In this document: one piece after another, positions 51,746 to 64,000 of the stretch
Numbering within the stretch: the first letter of the stretch is position 1
Layout of the letters: each line of letters starts with the position of its first letter
Source of the DNA: Eledone cirrhosa
Taxonomy: Eukaryota
DNA: 64,000 nt
Assembly (NCBI GenBank): GCA_964016885.1
Contig: OZ024740.1
Location: forward strand, 150,040,001 to 150,104,000
Reading direction: 5' to 3'
Notes under the pieces: model-generated
Databases searched by the model: none
What the model saw: only the letters and a program-made list of their open reading frames with translations
Told to the model about the DNA's origin: nothing
Made by a program: the position numbers and the translations under genes

Positions 51746-52689
51746 TGTTATTGTTCATCAGATATTGTTAACAACAGCTTTACTTTCAACCTTCAACCTT
51801 CAACTACTGACTATGGCAACGAGTGCAGTCACACACCGCGACTTACTGAGACACATACACTCAATTAATTTGCCATAAGTAAGAAATTTCATACCAGCGC
51901 TTTATATGGAACAAGTCACTTATACATGATAACCTGTAGCGAAATCTGTCCGCGCCTTGAACTTTGGGTGATACCTAAAGGTTAAATTCTAGGCCAACAC
52001 CTTTTTGGTGTAGACAAGTTGATGTGTTGACTATCCCTCAAGGTGGGGGACAGGAAGCGACAGGTATATAAAGCCTGTGCTATCATCCCACTCAAGAAGA
52101 AACATCGGAGCATTACACCTACAATCCTACTACTACCATGTACAAGCCACAGTGGTCTACAACTAATTACTGACCATTCAGAGATATACAAACCATATCT
52201 CTCTCTCTTACTAACTACGGTCTCACAACTACTACCATGGACTCCAAATTCCAACAACAACAATTATCTGTCGCTCGCTGTTTTCACTCCAACAACAACA
52301 ATTATCTGTCGCTCGCTGTTTTCACACCAACAACAACAGACTACAACAGCCTCACATCAGCAGCAATAACTACATTAACAACTCTTGGTAACTGTTTTAT
52401 CTGTACTTTTTAATTGATTCACGTGAAATAAACTATATATAACCAAATCATTCATTCTTTATATTCTTCATATTCTCGTTATTACATTTCTTCTTATTAT
52501 TATAGTTATTTCATCTAACAACTTTGTTATTATCATATCTAAACAACCATGCTAATCCATTTAACAATAACTATTTCTTATTTCATTTTTAACCCTTCGT
52601 TAAAAGCCCATCAAGCCAACAACAAATTGCTATTACAACCTCTGCTACTCCACAATGAATATCAACCGCCGAATAACGGATAAATAACA
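51746..52689 (+). mobile_element. Possible solo LTR in intron 1 of copy 2
   Basis: TGTTATT...AATAACA ends, flanks ATTTT/ATTCT, TATATAAA near 52066 and AATAAA near 52427; absent from copy 1. Confidence 0.35.
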
Positions 52690-52779
52690 ATTCTCACCAT
52701 TAACAACAAAAACAATTTAAAATCCATATCGCTGCACATACAGGAAATCAACACCGCTATATATATGTGTTGGAAAGGA

Positions 52780-54300
52780 GAGGATGTCACCCACTAAAGG
52801 GGGGCAAAAGAGGATGGGAGAGAGAAAGCAAGGTAGAGACAAAAACGAACATTTACACAGACCAAGACCTCCAAACCGTTTGGTCACGGGACTTTGAAGT
52901 ATTGGACATTGACCATGCCCTCGAGTTCACTGAAGATTAAGTCGTCAAAGCATTGGAGAGACGACGAGAATCTGTAAGAAGGACTTACTCTGAGGAAATA
53001 CAACAAATTAGGAATCGACGTGTAATTCCTAAGTATGAAAAACATTGGTGAGTCTCAATGGCCTCGAGGTTTTTAATAATTGCTCGAGGTTAGCCAACTA
53101 AGGTCGAAAGATGGATTCAAAGGCTTGGTCAGTTATTGGGGATCCAAGGGAGCACCACGCAGGTGAGATAGGAACCGCAATAGAGGGGAAGGACAGATTT
53201 ACAGTCTGCTAATGTGAAGCTAAATCGTTGAGGGACCAGAGTTCATTTTTGGAACTTTAGACGTGAAGGCCCCTATGGCCCAGTTCCTCAATCATCGTCT
53301 TCCCAGTTTCAAGGACCTCATCTGAAGGAACTCCCAAGCATCATCCGCATAGCAGATATTCAAATCCAGGTCAACTCCTATCTTGGTGACGTCATCAATA
53401 CCCAGTGTGAAAATAGCACGTTCAAGCGGATCACCTTGTTAGACGCTAGAGGCAGAGGCAGATAAAATGGTCACCGAAGGCGAGGTAAGAGGACTCCTGA
53501 TAGGCTTGCCAAGCGAAGTGGTAAAGCTGAGGGGACCTCTCCTTTACTGAACGAAGGATGACATCCCTACTGATGAAGTTGAAGGCGTTCCTGATATCTA
53601 GCTTGAGGATAACCTTAGGGGTCTCGGAAGGCAAGTTGGTAAATACTTTGGTTGCGTGAGCGGCAGCCTCACAGCCAAGCTTGGTACCCACCCCTAGCTG
53701 AATATGGGAAAATTCGGCGAACAGGCAGTTTGAAATCGAGGACAAACATACTTTCGCAGTGTGCACCCAACTGATATGTGGTGGAAGTCACCATTGGGCT
53801 TTGTGAGGCCAAAATGTTTAGCCCCAAATAACAGAGGGCGAGAACGGGTTAACAAACTGGCTGAGGTTCTCTAAAAGCTCAAGGCCGGCATCTCCATCAT
53901 GAGACACCATCCTTGAGGTGCTGAGGTCGTAGACCATCAATTCCTGTGCAAGAACCCACAAAAAGAATATAATCGCCTTCCTAAATTTATCAGGGGTGAA
54001 GACAGGTTTTTAATAGGCTGTAGATTGGGAAAGTGTAAGTGGCCATCCAGAGGGGCCAGAAGATATTTCTCCCTTAGTCGATTGAATAAATCAGTAATGC
54101 AGTGGGTGAGGGAGGACAGAGTGGAGAGGGGGCGAACAGCCCCTTTAGTATCAAATTCGTCGAATTTGGCGTTGACGGCCCTCTTTAAGTTCGGTCATCG
54201 TCCATTGATCGGAACTGAGTTGATCACCGACATAAGATGAGCAGTATTTGGGGTGGACTCAAATAGCTCAAATTGCCGTTTTAGGGAAGTTCTGAATAGT
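52780..54300 (-). mobile_element. CRE-like LINE RT remnant in intron 1 of copy 2 (longer than the copy 1 remnant)
   Basis: QLGVGTKLGCEAAAHAT and KLDIRNAFNFISRD in ORF 53446-53766. Confidence 0.8.
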
Positions 54301-54936
54301 TCTGAAATTCAATTAATGTAGCAGCTAGCCTTCATGTCAAGGAAATATGCTATGGAAATACTACGAACTTGTCTGATTTATGGTTTAAAAATTCAACGAA
54401 GTTTGTTTTGTACTGAATCAAAATGAAGGTTAAAAGAACAGTGTCTACGTACATATCTAATTTCAAATTTCTTTTAATTTTGTGCAGAGTACAAAAGGTA
54501 GGCGGGCTCCAACATCCACTTTTCTATTTAAAAAAATCATACACAAAGCGCCAGCATCAACAATTTTGAAAGAGATGTCAACATAAATGGACCTGTTATT
54601 TGTTATCTAAAGACATTTTTTCCAATTACAACCTGCCCGTCCCTTCAATCTATCTTATTTCTCATTCTTTATTCTGATGTAGTACTAGCGTCCGAAACGT
54701 TAAGACCCTCTTCCTGTTATTTCAAGCGTTAACCTAATATATTCCTTCCATATACTGTACCAATTGTGTTGTTATTTCTGTTTACCTTTTACATATATAT
54801 ATAAATATATATATATATAAATATATATCTATATCCAAAATTAAGATAAATCAAATGACATGCCTGCTTTAGCTGACCGTTTGTGTCGGGCTCACGCGCG
54901 CATGCATACAACCACACATCCTATGTACGCACTATT

Positions 54937-55150
54937 GGTGGATTGGCAGTATCTGTACAGCGTTGAACAACATGCTTTGCGGCAGATAGTTACGGTTCTT
55001 TACATTCTGAGTTTAAATTCCACCGAGGTTAGCTTTGCCTTTCATCCTTTCGGGGTCGATAAAATAAAGTACGATAACACACTGGAATCGATTTAATCGA
55101 CTTTCACCTCCCCAAAATTGTTATCCTTGTGCTTCAATCAGAAACCACTA
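54937..55150 (+). mobile_element. tRNA-derived SINE
   Basis: GGTGGATTGGCAGTATC...GAGTTTAAATTC...TTTGCCTTTCATCCTTTCGGGGTCGATAAAATAAAGTAC. Confidence 0.75.
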
Positions 55151-55648
55151 TTAAATATTGTCACACACCTATTTACTTATTGTCACGATATTTAATGCAG
55201 AAATATATATGTAAAACACTAGCCCAGTCTTGTAGCGCACGCGCGCGCGGGTGTGTGTGTGTTCTCTCACGTTTTTTCTTTTCTTTATAATATAGGGGAA
55301 AAACACATGCATATTCAGTCAGCCATTTACTTATACACACGCGCGCGCGCTCTTTTGAAATGTGTGATACACACTCTGTATGATGACGCTTTAAAGAAAT
55401 CGTCAGATGAAGGTTTGAGTTTGTACATTACTTCATTGAGAAAGTTGCAGTTAACAGCAATAAGACGTTTTACTAATTTAGAGAGAAGATAAAGGAAGAG
55501 GTTTTACATCACATATATACATATCAAGACGTTAAAATCATAATTATTGATCTTTTTATTCATCTGTTATTGTTTTTATTTTGTTTTTAAATGCAAACAT
55601 ACAATTCTTGGATAAAGTATTATTTTTCTAACTCAAATCTTATTGCAG

Positions 55649-55747
55649 TTGCTATAACGATTTCGTGTGTGTAAATGAGGAAAATGAATATTATTTGGGA
55701 CTTGTACCCTTTACTGAGGAGGAGTTCATCGGAACATGTCGTCAATT
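55649..55747 (+). CDS. IGFBP-N-like peptide copy 2, coding exon 2
   Basis: Identical to 33776-33874 including splice sites. Confidence 0.82.
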
Positions 55748-58157
55748 GTAAGAATTTTAATTCTTTAAATTTTAGCCATGATTTCATATAACCAACACTA
55801 GATATCTTTATGAATTAGAAATTAAGATCAATTTTTCTAAATATGCTTAGTTACAATTAGAGGCACAGATAAATATTTATCTCATGCATTAACTACAACA
55901 AAACAGTCAACTGCTTAAACTTTGGTAAGCAAAGATATCTATCAATGGCTGATATACTCTTCTGGCTTAGACTGAAAATTTTGACATTGCTGGCTTTCCA
56001 AAGGATATTAGCAGAATAAGTAAAATAACCCAACAGGAAATCAAATTAGAGTTCCAGACTCATCTTTGTACCAAAGCTGATCTATTCAACAGCAATTACT
56101 AACGCTAATTACTATGCTGTAATCATACATTCACTGTATAATGATGAATTGGTATACCAATTTTAGGGTTTTGTTTAGATATGATTTTCCATTCTCTCAA
56201 ATAGTGAGATACTGTATCAAGGTAGCTACCAAGTGAGAAGTTAGCAGTTTGAATTCTGTGATGAAGTGAATTGCAACTCTATGGTTAAAAACATTAATTC
56301 AAAATAGTTTACTTGGTTTGACATACTCAATTCATCTTCTACAATGAATTTAGCTTGCAAATATTTGTCTAGATTAGGCTGATTTCTATCTTAAAATTCT
56401 GTGGTGATGTAATGACTGAATAGGTTATATTCACTGCTTATTTTCCATTCTATCCAACTGGCTCATTACATTAGAAAGTCAATCCTTAGCATGACCCATA
56501 TTTGCCATTAAAATTTGATTGATATTTATTGCATTGAATAACAGGACAAAACGTTAGTATATTATAGTACATTATACATGGACATATTTAAAGGACATAG
56601 TGGTAACATATTAGTTTTCTCAGCATTAAAAAACTAATGAAATGGAAACATTTTGTAACTCTTATGAAGGTTATAAAACTGTTATATTCAATTTGCATTT
56701 CTTTCCAGTGATCTGACCTTGCCATTCAATTGAAAATTCCTCATTTTCTAGAGTTTTATAATAGTAAACATCATGGAATATTTTTGCTGTTTTACAATCA
56801 TTCGTGCATGTTAGGATAGATAGGGCATTTTGTATTGATATTATTGAAAGTTCACTTTACAGTTGATTGACTACCCTCTCTCCCATAAACCACAAAATTA
56901 TGAACTTTGTATTTGTTTCAATAGAAATATATGCCTTGTCCAGAATACACATTGAATGTTGTAGTAAGATTTGAAGTCATGGTAAAAGTCCCCTTTTTAC
57001 AAAACTTAAGGTCAATATTTAATGCTAGATTTACATCTGTAGTCTTTACCATATTTTCTGGTACCCTTTCTTGCCATCTAGGTAAACAAAAACATCTAGA
57101 ATTAAATGCCCTCAACAGAGGGAAATAAATTTAAAGTGGATATGAACTCTGAAACCAGTAGCTTATCCATTTAGCTATTCTTCTCCTCTCCCCATCAAAA
57201 AAATGTTTTCCCAATTATATTTGGGAGTAAAACTATGTAGCACAGCACAATGGTTCTTAGAATATTTAAACTAAAGACTTGCTTGTCAGAAGTGGTTAGA
57301 GATCTACTCAAAAAAAGCTGTCCTAGGGCTAAATAATAAACACTTATTTCAATTAAGAGATCACAGCTCTGATATTATGGACATGTAATCAGAATGCCTA
57401 AAGAAAGAATCACTGCACAGATTTTACAGTTAAAACGAATTGGCAAGGGACCAAAGCAAGATGGTTGGGTAACATCAATGAGCTTGGTTAGCTCAATTGG
57501 GATCCAACAAAATCATTTAAAGATGGCTGCTTCTGATAGAACCCACTGGAAGGCTTGCTTTAGGACTGCCTCCATAACCCTCCAAGGAATAAGTGGGCAA
57601 AGATTACTATGATTTGTACACTTCAACAAAGAAATTTATTCAATTAGTAGATGACTGTACTGTTCTCAATCTGAAATCCTGAGGAAATAACAGATAGTTA
57701 AGACATATCCACAGTATATATGTCACTTGTAAAACAAAAGCAGCTTGCTCCGTCTGCTTGTCTGACTATCCCCCTGACCATGCAGCATATTTACAATTTT
57801 AATTAACTGAGACTCTAGTGTTTCAACTATTATTTTTTTTTAATTAGCCCACATTTACCTGCATGTTCTTCAATCAAAAAGCATTCCTGTAAAATTTTCA
57901 AATATATTTGTTCATTTACTTTGAAATTATTTCACTACTTTGGCAAATAATATGAAGTCTATGCCTTGTTATTAAGGTAAAGACGAAAAAAAGTGGCCAG
58001 CTACAGCTGGTTTGAACAGAAAGAGGTGAGAGAATTCTGGATGGATATAGCCAGTTTAAATGCAAAAGGGTTAAATTAACATTAATTTGCTTATAAAATG
58101 TGGATGTTTACTTTTTAAAATTATTTTTCTCTTTTCTGCCACTACCTCCACAAACAG

Positions 58158-58209
58158 AACACCTCATATGACTGCGAGGTCACCATTCAATCAAACAGAA
58201 GATGCCTAA
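58158..58209 (+). CDS. Candidate terminal exon of copy 2 (LTPHMTARSPFNQTEDA*)
   Basis: Paralogous acceptor CAAACAG| and downstream AATAAA cluster are conserved. Confidence 0.4.
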
Positions 58210-59009
58210 GATAACACCAATCAACCTATTCGAAATTTAAAAAAAATAAATAAAACTATCAATAAAAAGGCAATTAAAAAACTTAATATTGCATATTTTA
58301 TTTACCTTATTTTTCATTTTAGCAACACCTCTAAAATGGATTAACTATGTTTTTAAGTTACATATCAACAAAGTGACCTGATCTGTTTTCAACCTGCTAA
58401 TGGAATTGTCAAATTTTAAAATCTTCCAACATGATTTTGTATCAAATCTTTTGGTGATCTACACAACAAATGCACTCAGTCCATGCTGTAAAAGTGGTTG
58501 GTGATAGCAAGGGCATCCAGCCATAGAAAGCTTACCAAACAAAGGGTTGGGAGAACCCCTTTAGTTGTGTTAAGCACATGATAACCTCCTTAGAGCTGGT
58601 GATCTCAGTAAAGCACCCAGTACATACTGTGAAGAGGACCCTTCAATTTGTATCAAAAGACAACTTCTCCTCTGGACTTGATATGACCATGCATAAGCAA
58701 TACATAAGTATCCCCGCTTCAGTACTGACAGTCTATATAGATCCGTCCAACCCTTGCTAGCAGAGACACTGGACATTAAATGGTGATCTTTCTCATAAAC
58801 ATATCTTTCTTTAGAACAAAGATTCTTACATAAAATTATGATGGAAGATTTTTAGATAAATGTAAATTTTAAAAGAAAATAGTTTTGTATTGTAGAAACA
58901 AGGGTGGTTTCAAATAATGAATCTATCATCCGAAATTTCAAATTTAGGAAATAAATTTAGAAATCAAACAAAAGTTTTATAAAAACTTAAATTTATTGTT
59001 TTCAGTTTT

Positions 59010-61470
59010 GGTGGTAAAGTAGGTGCGAAAAGTCACAGCAGAGACAGTAAAGGTGTCCAAATTTAAGATGTGGCAGGACTTTGGGATTAAGCTAGAATCA
59101 GCAAATAAAGTGTTCTGGTAGGCCGTCTGCTAACTTCGTAACAAGAAATCCTCCTCCACACGTATCAGGAATGCATCTGAAGTTCTCTCTTCAAAGACGT
59201 GCATCCTTGCTAGCTGGAGAAAATACTTTGCTGATTTCCTAAACCTGGTCACAACAGCATCTTCTGATGTACAAAAGGTGCATCTGGGAGTGATGACTAA
59301 TCTCTCAGAGGTTGAAGACACAAGAGCAATTAAAGAGCTCAAATGTGGCAAGGTTGCTGTGGAAGATGAAATACGACATGAGCAATGGATATGTTTGACA
59401 GTACCAGGTCAGATTCAGTGGAGTTCATGGCAGCTATGGTTATAGCTCAAGAAATGAAGACTGAGTGAGGCTCCTAGAATTCTGTGAGACAAATGAACTG
59501 CCCATTTTCAACACAAATTTCAGGAAGCCGGCTAGCCATCTAGGCACATATCAATTAGGTGAACAAATTGATTTCTTACTTGTAAGACAAGATAAACAGA
59601 CTGCAGAAGAATGTGCCACCCACCACAAGTTGGTTATTAGTGACATCAGATTAGCTGGAAGACGGAACAAGATACGCAGGAAAATATGGTGATGGGGATT
59701 TGGAAGCTAAAGGACCTTTCAGTTAAATATAGGTTTAGAAAGTCCCTATGAGATGCATTTGATGAAAGGGGTGGTGAGCCATTTGCAATTATCATAAGAG
59801 GACAATTGGGAATTCTTGTTTGACAACCTTGTGAACTACTGATGAGACTTTTCACTGGAGTAAAGCACCGACCAGATAGAGGGTGGATTGGTCGTGGAAC
59901 AGCTGAGTGGATAGAGCCATTACAGCCAAGAGACAGGTGTAGAAAGACTGGGAAAATGGGGTAGCAGAGACTGGTACCAGGTTGTTAAGTGAAAAGCTAG
60001 ATGACAAATATGCACAGCTTGGAAAGAGGGTGAAAAAAGAAAGTTGGCCAATCTCTTGAAAAATGCCGATCAGGGACATGAAGTGTTCTACGTTGCAAGA
60101 TAGTGTGTCGGTGTAAATCAGGGTGTTGTTGGGGAAAATTTGTTAGAAATGACGCTGGTGTAATTAGCACCACTGATTATCAAAAGAAAGAGGCCTGGAA
60201 ATGTTACTACAAGAGACTGATGAATGTAGAGAATGAATGAGAGGCGGAGAGATTACCCTTAATGTATCTAACAGAAGGACCAGCTGTTGAAGTTGATAGT
60301 TATAGTGTCAAAGGAGCAATCAAGGAGATGAAGAATGGTAAAGTTGCAGGACCATCAGAAATAGTTGCTGAAATGCTAAAAGCATCGAGAGAAGTAGGAG
60401 TTGAACTAGTAACCCACATAGTCAATCAGGTAATACAGAACGGAGTGATACTCAATGACTGGCGCAGCAGTACAATCAGAAATTGTTACAAAGGAAAAGG
60501 TGATGCTCTAGAAAGGAGCAATTATAGAGGAATAATAGCCAATAATAGCCAGAAATAAGCCATTATACCTAGCTTTCATTGATCTAGAAACAACATTTGA
60601 CAGAGTACAATGATCTATTATCTGATGGTTCTTAAGGAAATTGTGTGTAGAAGAATGGTTGGTGAGAGCAGTGCAAGCCATGTACAGAGGAGCCTTCAGC
60701 AAAGTGAGAGTAGAAAATGAGTTTAGTGAGGAATTCAAGGTACAAGTAGTTCATCAAGTTTTGGTTCTTAGTCCGCTACTACTCATTATAGTCCTCCAGG
60801 CTATATCAGTGGAGTTTAATACTGACTGTCCATGGGAACTTCTCTGTGCAGATGACCTGGTCCTTATAGCTGAATCCATAAAAGAACTAAAGAATAAGTT
60901 CTGACTGTGGAAATAAAATTTAGAATCAAAAGGTCTGAGAGTAAACTTAGCCAAGACTAAAGTGCTAGTAAATAAGAAAGAAGATAGGACTCTGATTAAC
61001 CCAGGGAAGTGGCCCTGCTCAATATGTAGAAAAGGAGTGAAGTGGGCATAAACTCTATAAGATGTACACAAGAGATGTAGTGAGATAATGGGTAGACTAA
61101 CAGGAAGGGAAGACTTTATTTGTAGAGCATGCACATGAGTAGCTGCGGGGAGAGCATCAGTGATATAAACCTTCTCCAATCACAGGAAGGATACATAGAA
61201 GAGGTTGATAGCTTTTGATATCTAGGTGACTTAATTAGCAGTGGAGGAGGGTGCTTAGAGAGCATAACTAGAATAAGGATAGGGTGGAAGAAGTTTAGAG
61301 AACTACTCCCACTGTTGACAACAAAAGTTTTCTCCCTACATGCAATAGAACTGTATGACACCAGTGTGCAAGGTGCAGTACTGCATGGTAGTGAAACAGG
61401 GGCTGTGACTGCAGAAAATATGCGTAGAGAAATATGAAGAGAAAACAAGCAACCATGCTCCATCGAATTT
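59010..61470 (+). mobile_element. Degenerate RTE-clade LINE (duplicate of 36800-39260)
   Basis: Shares the same stops and frameshifts, so it was copied with the segment rather than inserted independently. Confidence 0.85.
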
Positions 61471-61475
61471 TCATG

Positions 61476-64000
61476 GTGTTATATTTTGAAATGTCTTTAT
61501 ATTTTCCCAGGTGTTATATTTGTTTATATGCATTTACTTACAATTCGCATATATCATTGATTTCTTATACAGATACAATGTCATAAATTTAGGTGGATAG
61601 CTACAAGCGATTAAATCAATCACAGTATTTTACTAACATTTTATTTTATCGAATTAATCAGCCAATTGGCAGAGCTGTTAGAACATCGGAATAAAGGCTG
61701 CAATATTGGTTCCAGCTCTCTGCTCTTTATGTTCAAATCCCACGGAAGTCGGGATTTGAGCTTAATACTTTCGAGGTCGTTAAAAAAAGAGGAATTGTTA
61801 AAAATCTGACGACGTACTTTGCTGCATCTAATCTGGCTCTATGCGTTCTGAGTTCAAAACGTGTCTGCGTTTTCGGTTGTGTATGGTGCTTTTTTTTTTT
61901 TTTGCTTGTCGTGGGAGTTTCTCGTCTTCACTGCGAGAAGACAGGGTTTTTGGTGTCAGATTCAGATGTGTGTGTTTGGGTTTATCTGGGTGTTTATGTG
62001 TTGATTTGTTTGGGGAGGAGAGAGAGTGGGAGAGCTTTCCTCGCTTTCCCCTTGGGTTGATTCTGTTGTGAGTGGTGGTTTAGCTGCTGCTAGTGGTGGT
62101 GGTGCTGTTGCTCCTGCTGGTGCTGGTGTTGTTGGTTGTGCGGTAGTTTGTCCTGGCGCTGGTGTTGGCAGCAATGAGGATAGCAACGCCCTATAATTTT
62201 CAACGGAGAAAAATAGGTTAACATGAAACAGTGTGGCTGTTTGCCATCAGTAATGATTTGTATCTCACACTTGTCCGGCAGCTTGACGTGGACCGGAATA
62301 TTACTAATGTCCCCAGGTCTGATTTAGAGAAGAATCTCCAAACCAGTCCCGAACCACATCTCCCTCTTTATAAACTTCACATCAAGGAGGGTGTCAGGGC
62401 CCTCTGCCGCCATGCATCTCAGGAGCCACCACAGCTAGCATCCAACAAGTAAAATGCTGTTGCTGTCAATTTTGCCTTGCGAAAAACAGTGAAAATGAGT
62501 ACACAGACTTATTTGTTGTGTCAAAAGAACTATCCATACGTGAAAGACCGACTGGTATCATTGAATAGTCCACCTTCCCACCTGGAACAACGAACCTAAA
62601 AATCTCTTGTCGCTGATTTGCTAACTCCAGCATGTGTGTGAACTGAACTAACTAGTGGTGGCCTATAAAACTCCCAGTTGTCAATCATATCTTTGCATTA
62701 CCCTTTTCACGGCACATCTGATAAGTTAAATGTATAGCTTTACATCTAAGAACCTAGAAATTACAAACCTGTCAACTCTCGCCGTCCAACGGGGAAATCT
62801 CCCACCCACTTTGGGGTGGGTGAAAGATAAAAGTCTTCTCTTGTGAAAATGGGTATAGGTTTCATTATGTAAAATCTTTCCATTTTGCCTCATTTCTCAC
62901 CATTTAGGGCACCTTTTTTCATGGTACGCCCCGTTTGGGTTTTTAGAGGTTGGCAGGTCTGGAATTAGTTAAAATGTTAACACATATATTCAATTTCCAT
63001 ATTATGAGTTGATTGTTTTTATTCACACACAACTAAATGCATACACCAGATGACCACAGTGCTTAACCAATAACTTCCAGAAGACAAACAATTCACCAAA
63101 CACAAAGAATGGTCCCATTATGCAATACTAATAAACCAGCCACAATGCCAAAACCTTTCCTGTAGAGTAACATATTAAGTATAGTGATACCATATAACTG
63201 TACATCAGCATGCACAGCATTCAGCAATAGCCCACAAAGCTATATAATTAACTATAATTAACCAAAGGCATACATAATACGCCCGCAACACAAATCCAAA
63301 TTATCCAAATTATTTACTAAACACAAAACTATCCCATTGCACAACATACACTCCCAATAACACCTACTCTTGACTCTCGAATAATCAACGTAACTAAAAT
63401 ACCAAAACATAAAGTCTAGCTAGTCAGAGACAAAAGTACATTAACAAACAATATTATAAAATACAATAGCTATAAGGAATCATGGGAAATTAACACTTGC
63501 AGTCTTTTCACCCTTTTATCTATAACAACTAAAGAGCCGCTCAAACCACTCTATTCAATGCCCTAGTGATATTTCTAATTCTATTTCATTCTTATGTATT
63601 CTTATAATGTATTTGTCCACCATACGACCTCTTTTACCAAGGTCTCCAGGCAGATTTGTTGTTGCTGTTGTCGTTCCTGTTCACGACTGTGTTTCTACTG
63701 TTGTTGGTGTTGTTGTTGTTGGTACTGTCGTTGTTGTCATTTTTATTTATATTAGTGTTCTCACTGTTGTTTGTGCAAGTATCGGCGATATTGCCTGACG
63801 TGTTGTTAGATTTTTAAAATTGTTGCGGGATGGGCAGCGTTATTAGCCTCAACATTTGACTCGCTGTCGCACGACAGTAAACTCACAGTTGGGGGTGGCG
63901 GCGTGGCTCCGTCATGTTTTGTTTTTTTTTCATAAAAATTTTCTTTTAAACACACAAAGGTTAAATATTTGGGCCAAAAGACCCAAATATTATGGGGAGT
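61476..64000 (+). repeat. Tandem segmental duplication, start of unit 3
   Basis: Near-identical to 39266-41793. Confidence 0.9.

Overview
AT-rich, microsatellite-dense eukaryotic DNA that is almost entirely transposon-derived. The tRNA-derived SINE family, (TA)n/(TG)n/(TACA)n arrays and LINE spectrum suggest an octopod cephalopod (inference). The first 28 kb holds a full-length but decayed Ty3/gypsy LTR element (2426-8249), R4/Dong-like, Tx1-like and CRE-like LINEs, a rearranged Penelope-like element with a hammerhead ribozyme, non-autonomous Helitrons and MITEs. From about 28165 the window is a tandem segmental array: unit 1 about 28165-39265, unit 2 about 39266-61475, unit 3 starts about 61476 and runs off the end. 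Each complete unit carries the only host gene I can support, which the ORF track misses because it is spliced. It encodes a small secreted, acidic, 10-cysteine peptide with a single IGFBP-N-like (perlustrin/SIBD-like) domain. The two copies differ almost only by amino-acid-changing substitutions in the mature part of exon 1. Copy 2 has a 7.7 kb composite Helitron inserted about 205 bp upstream of its ATG.
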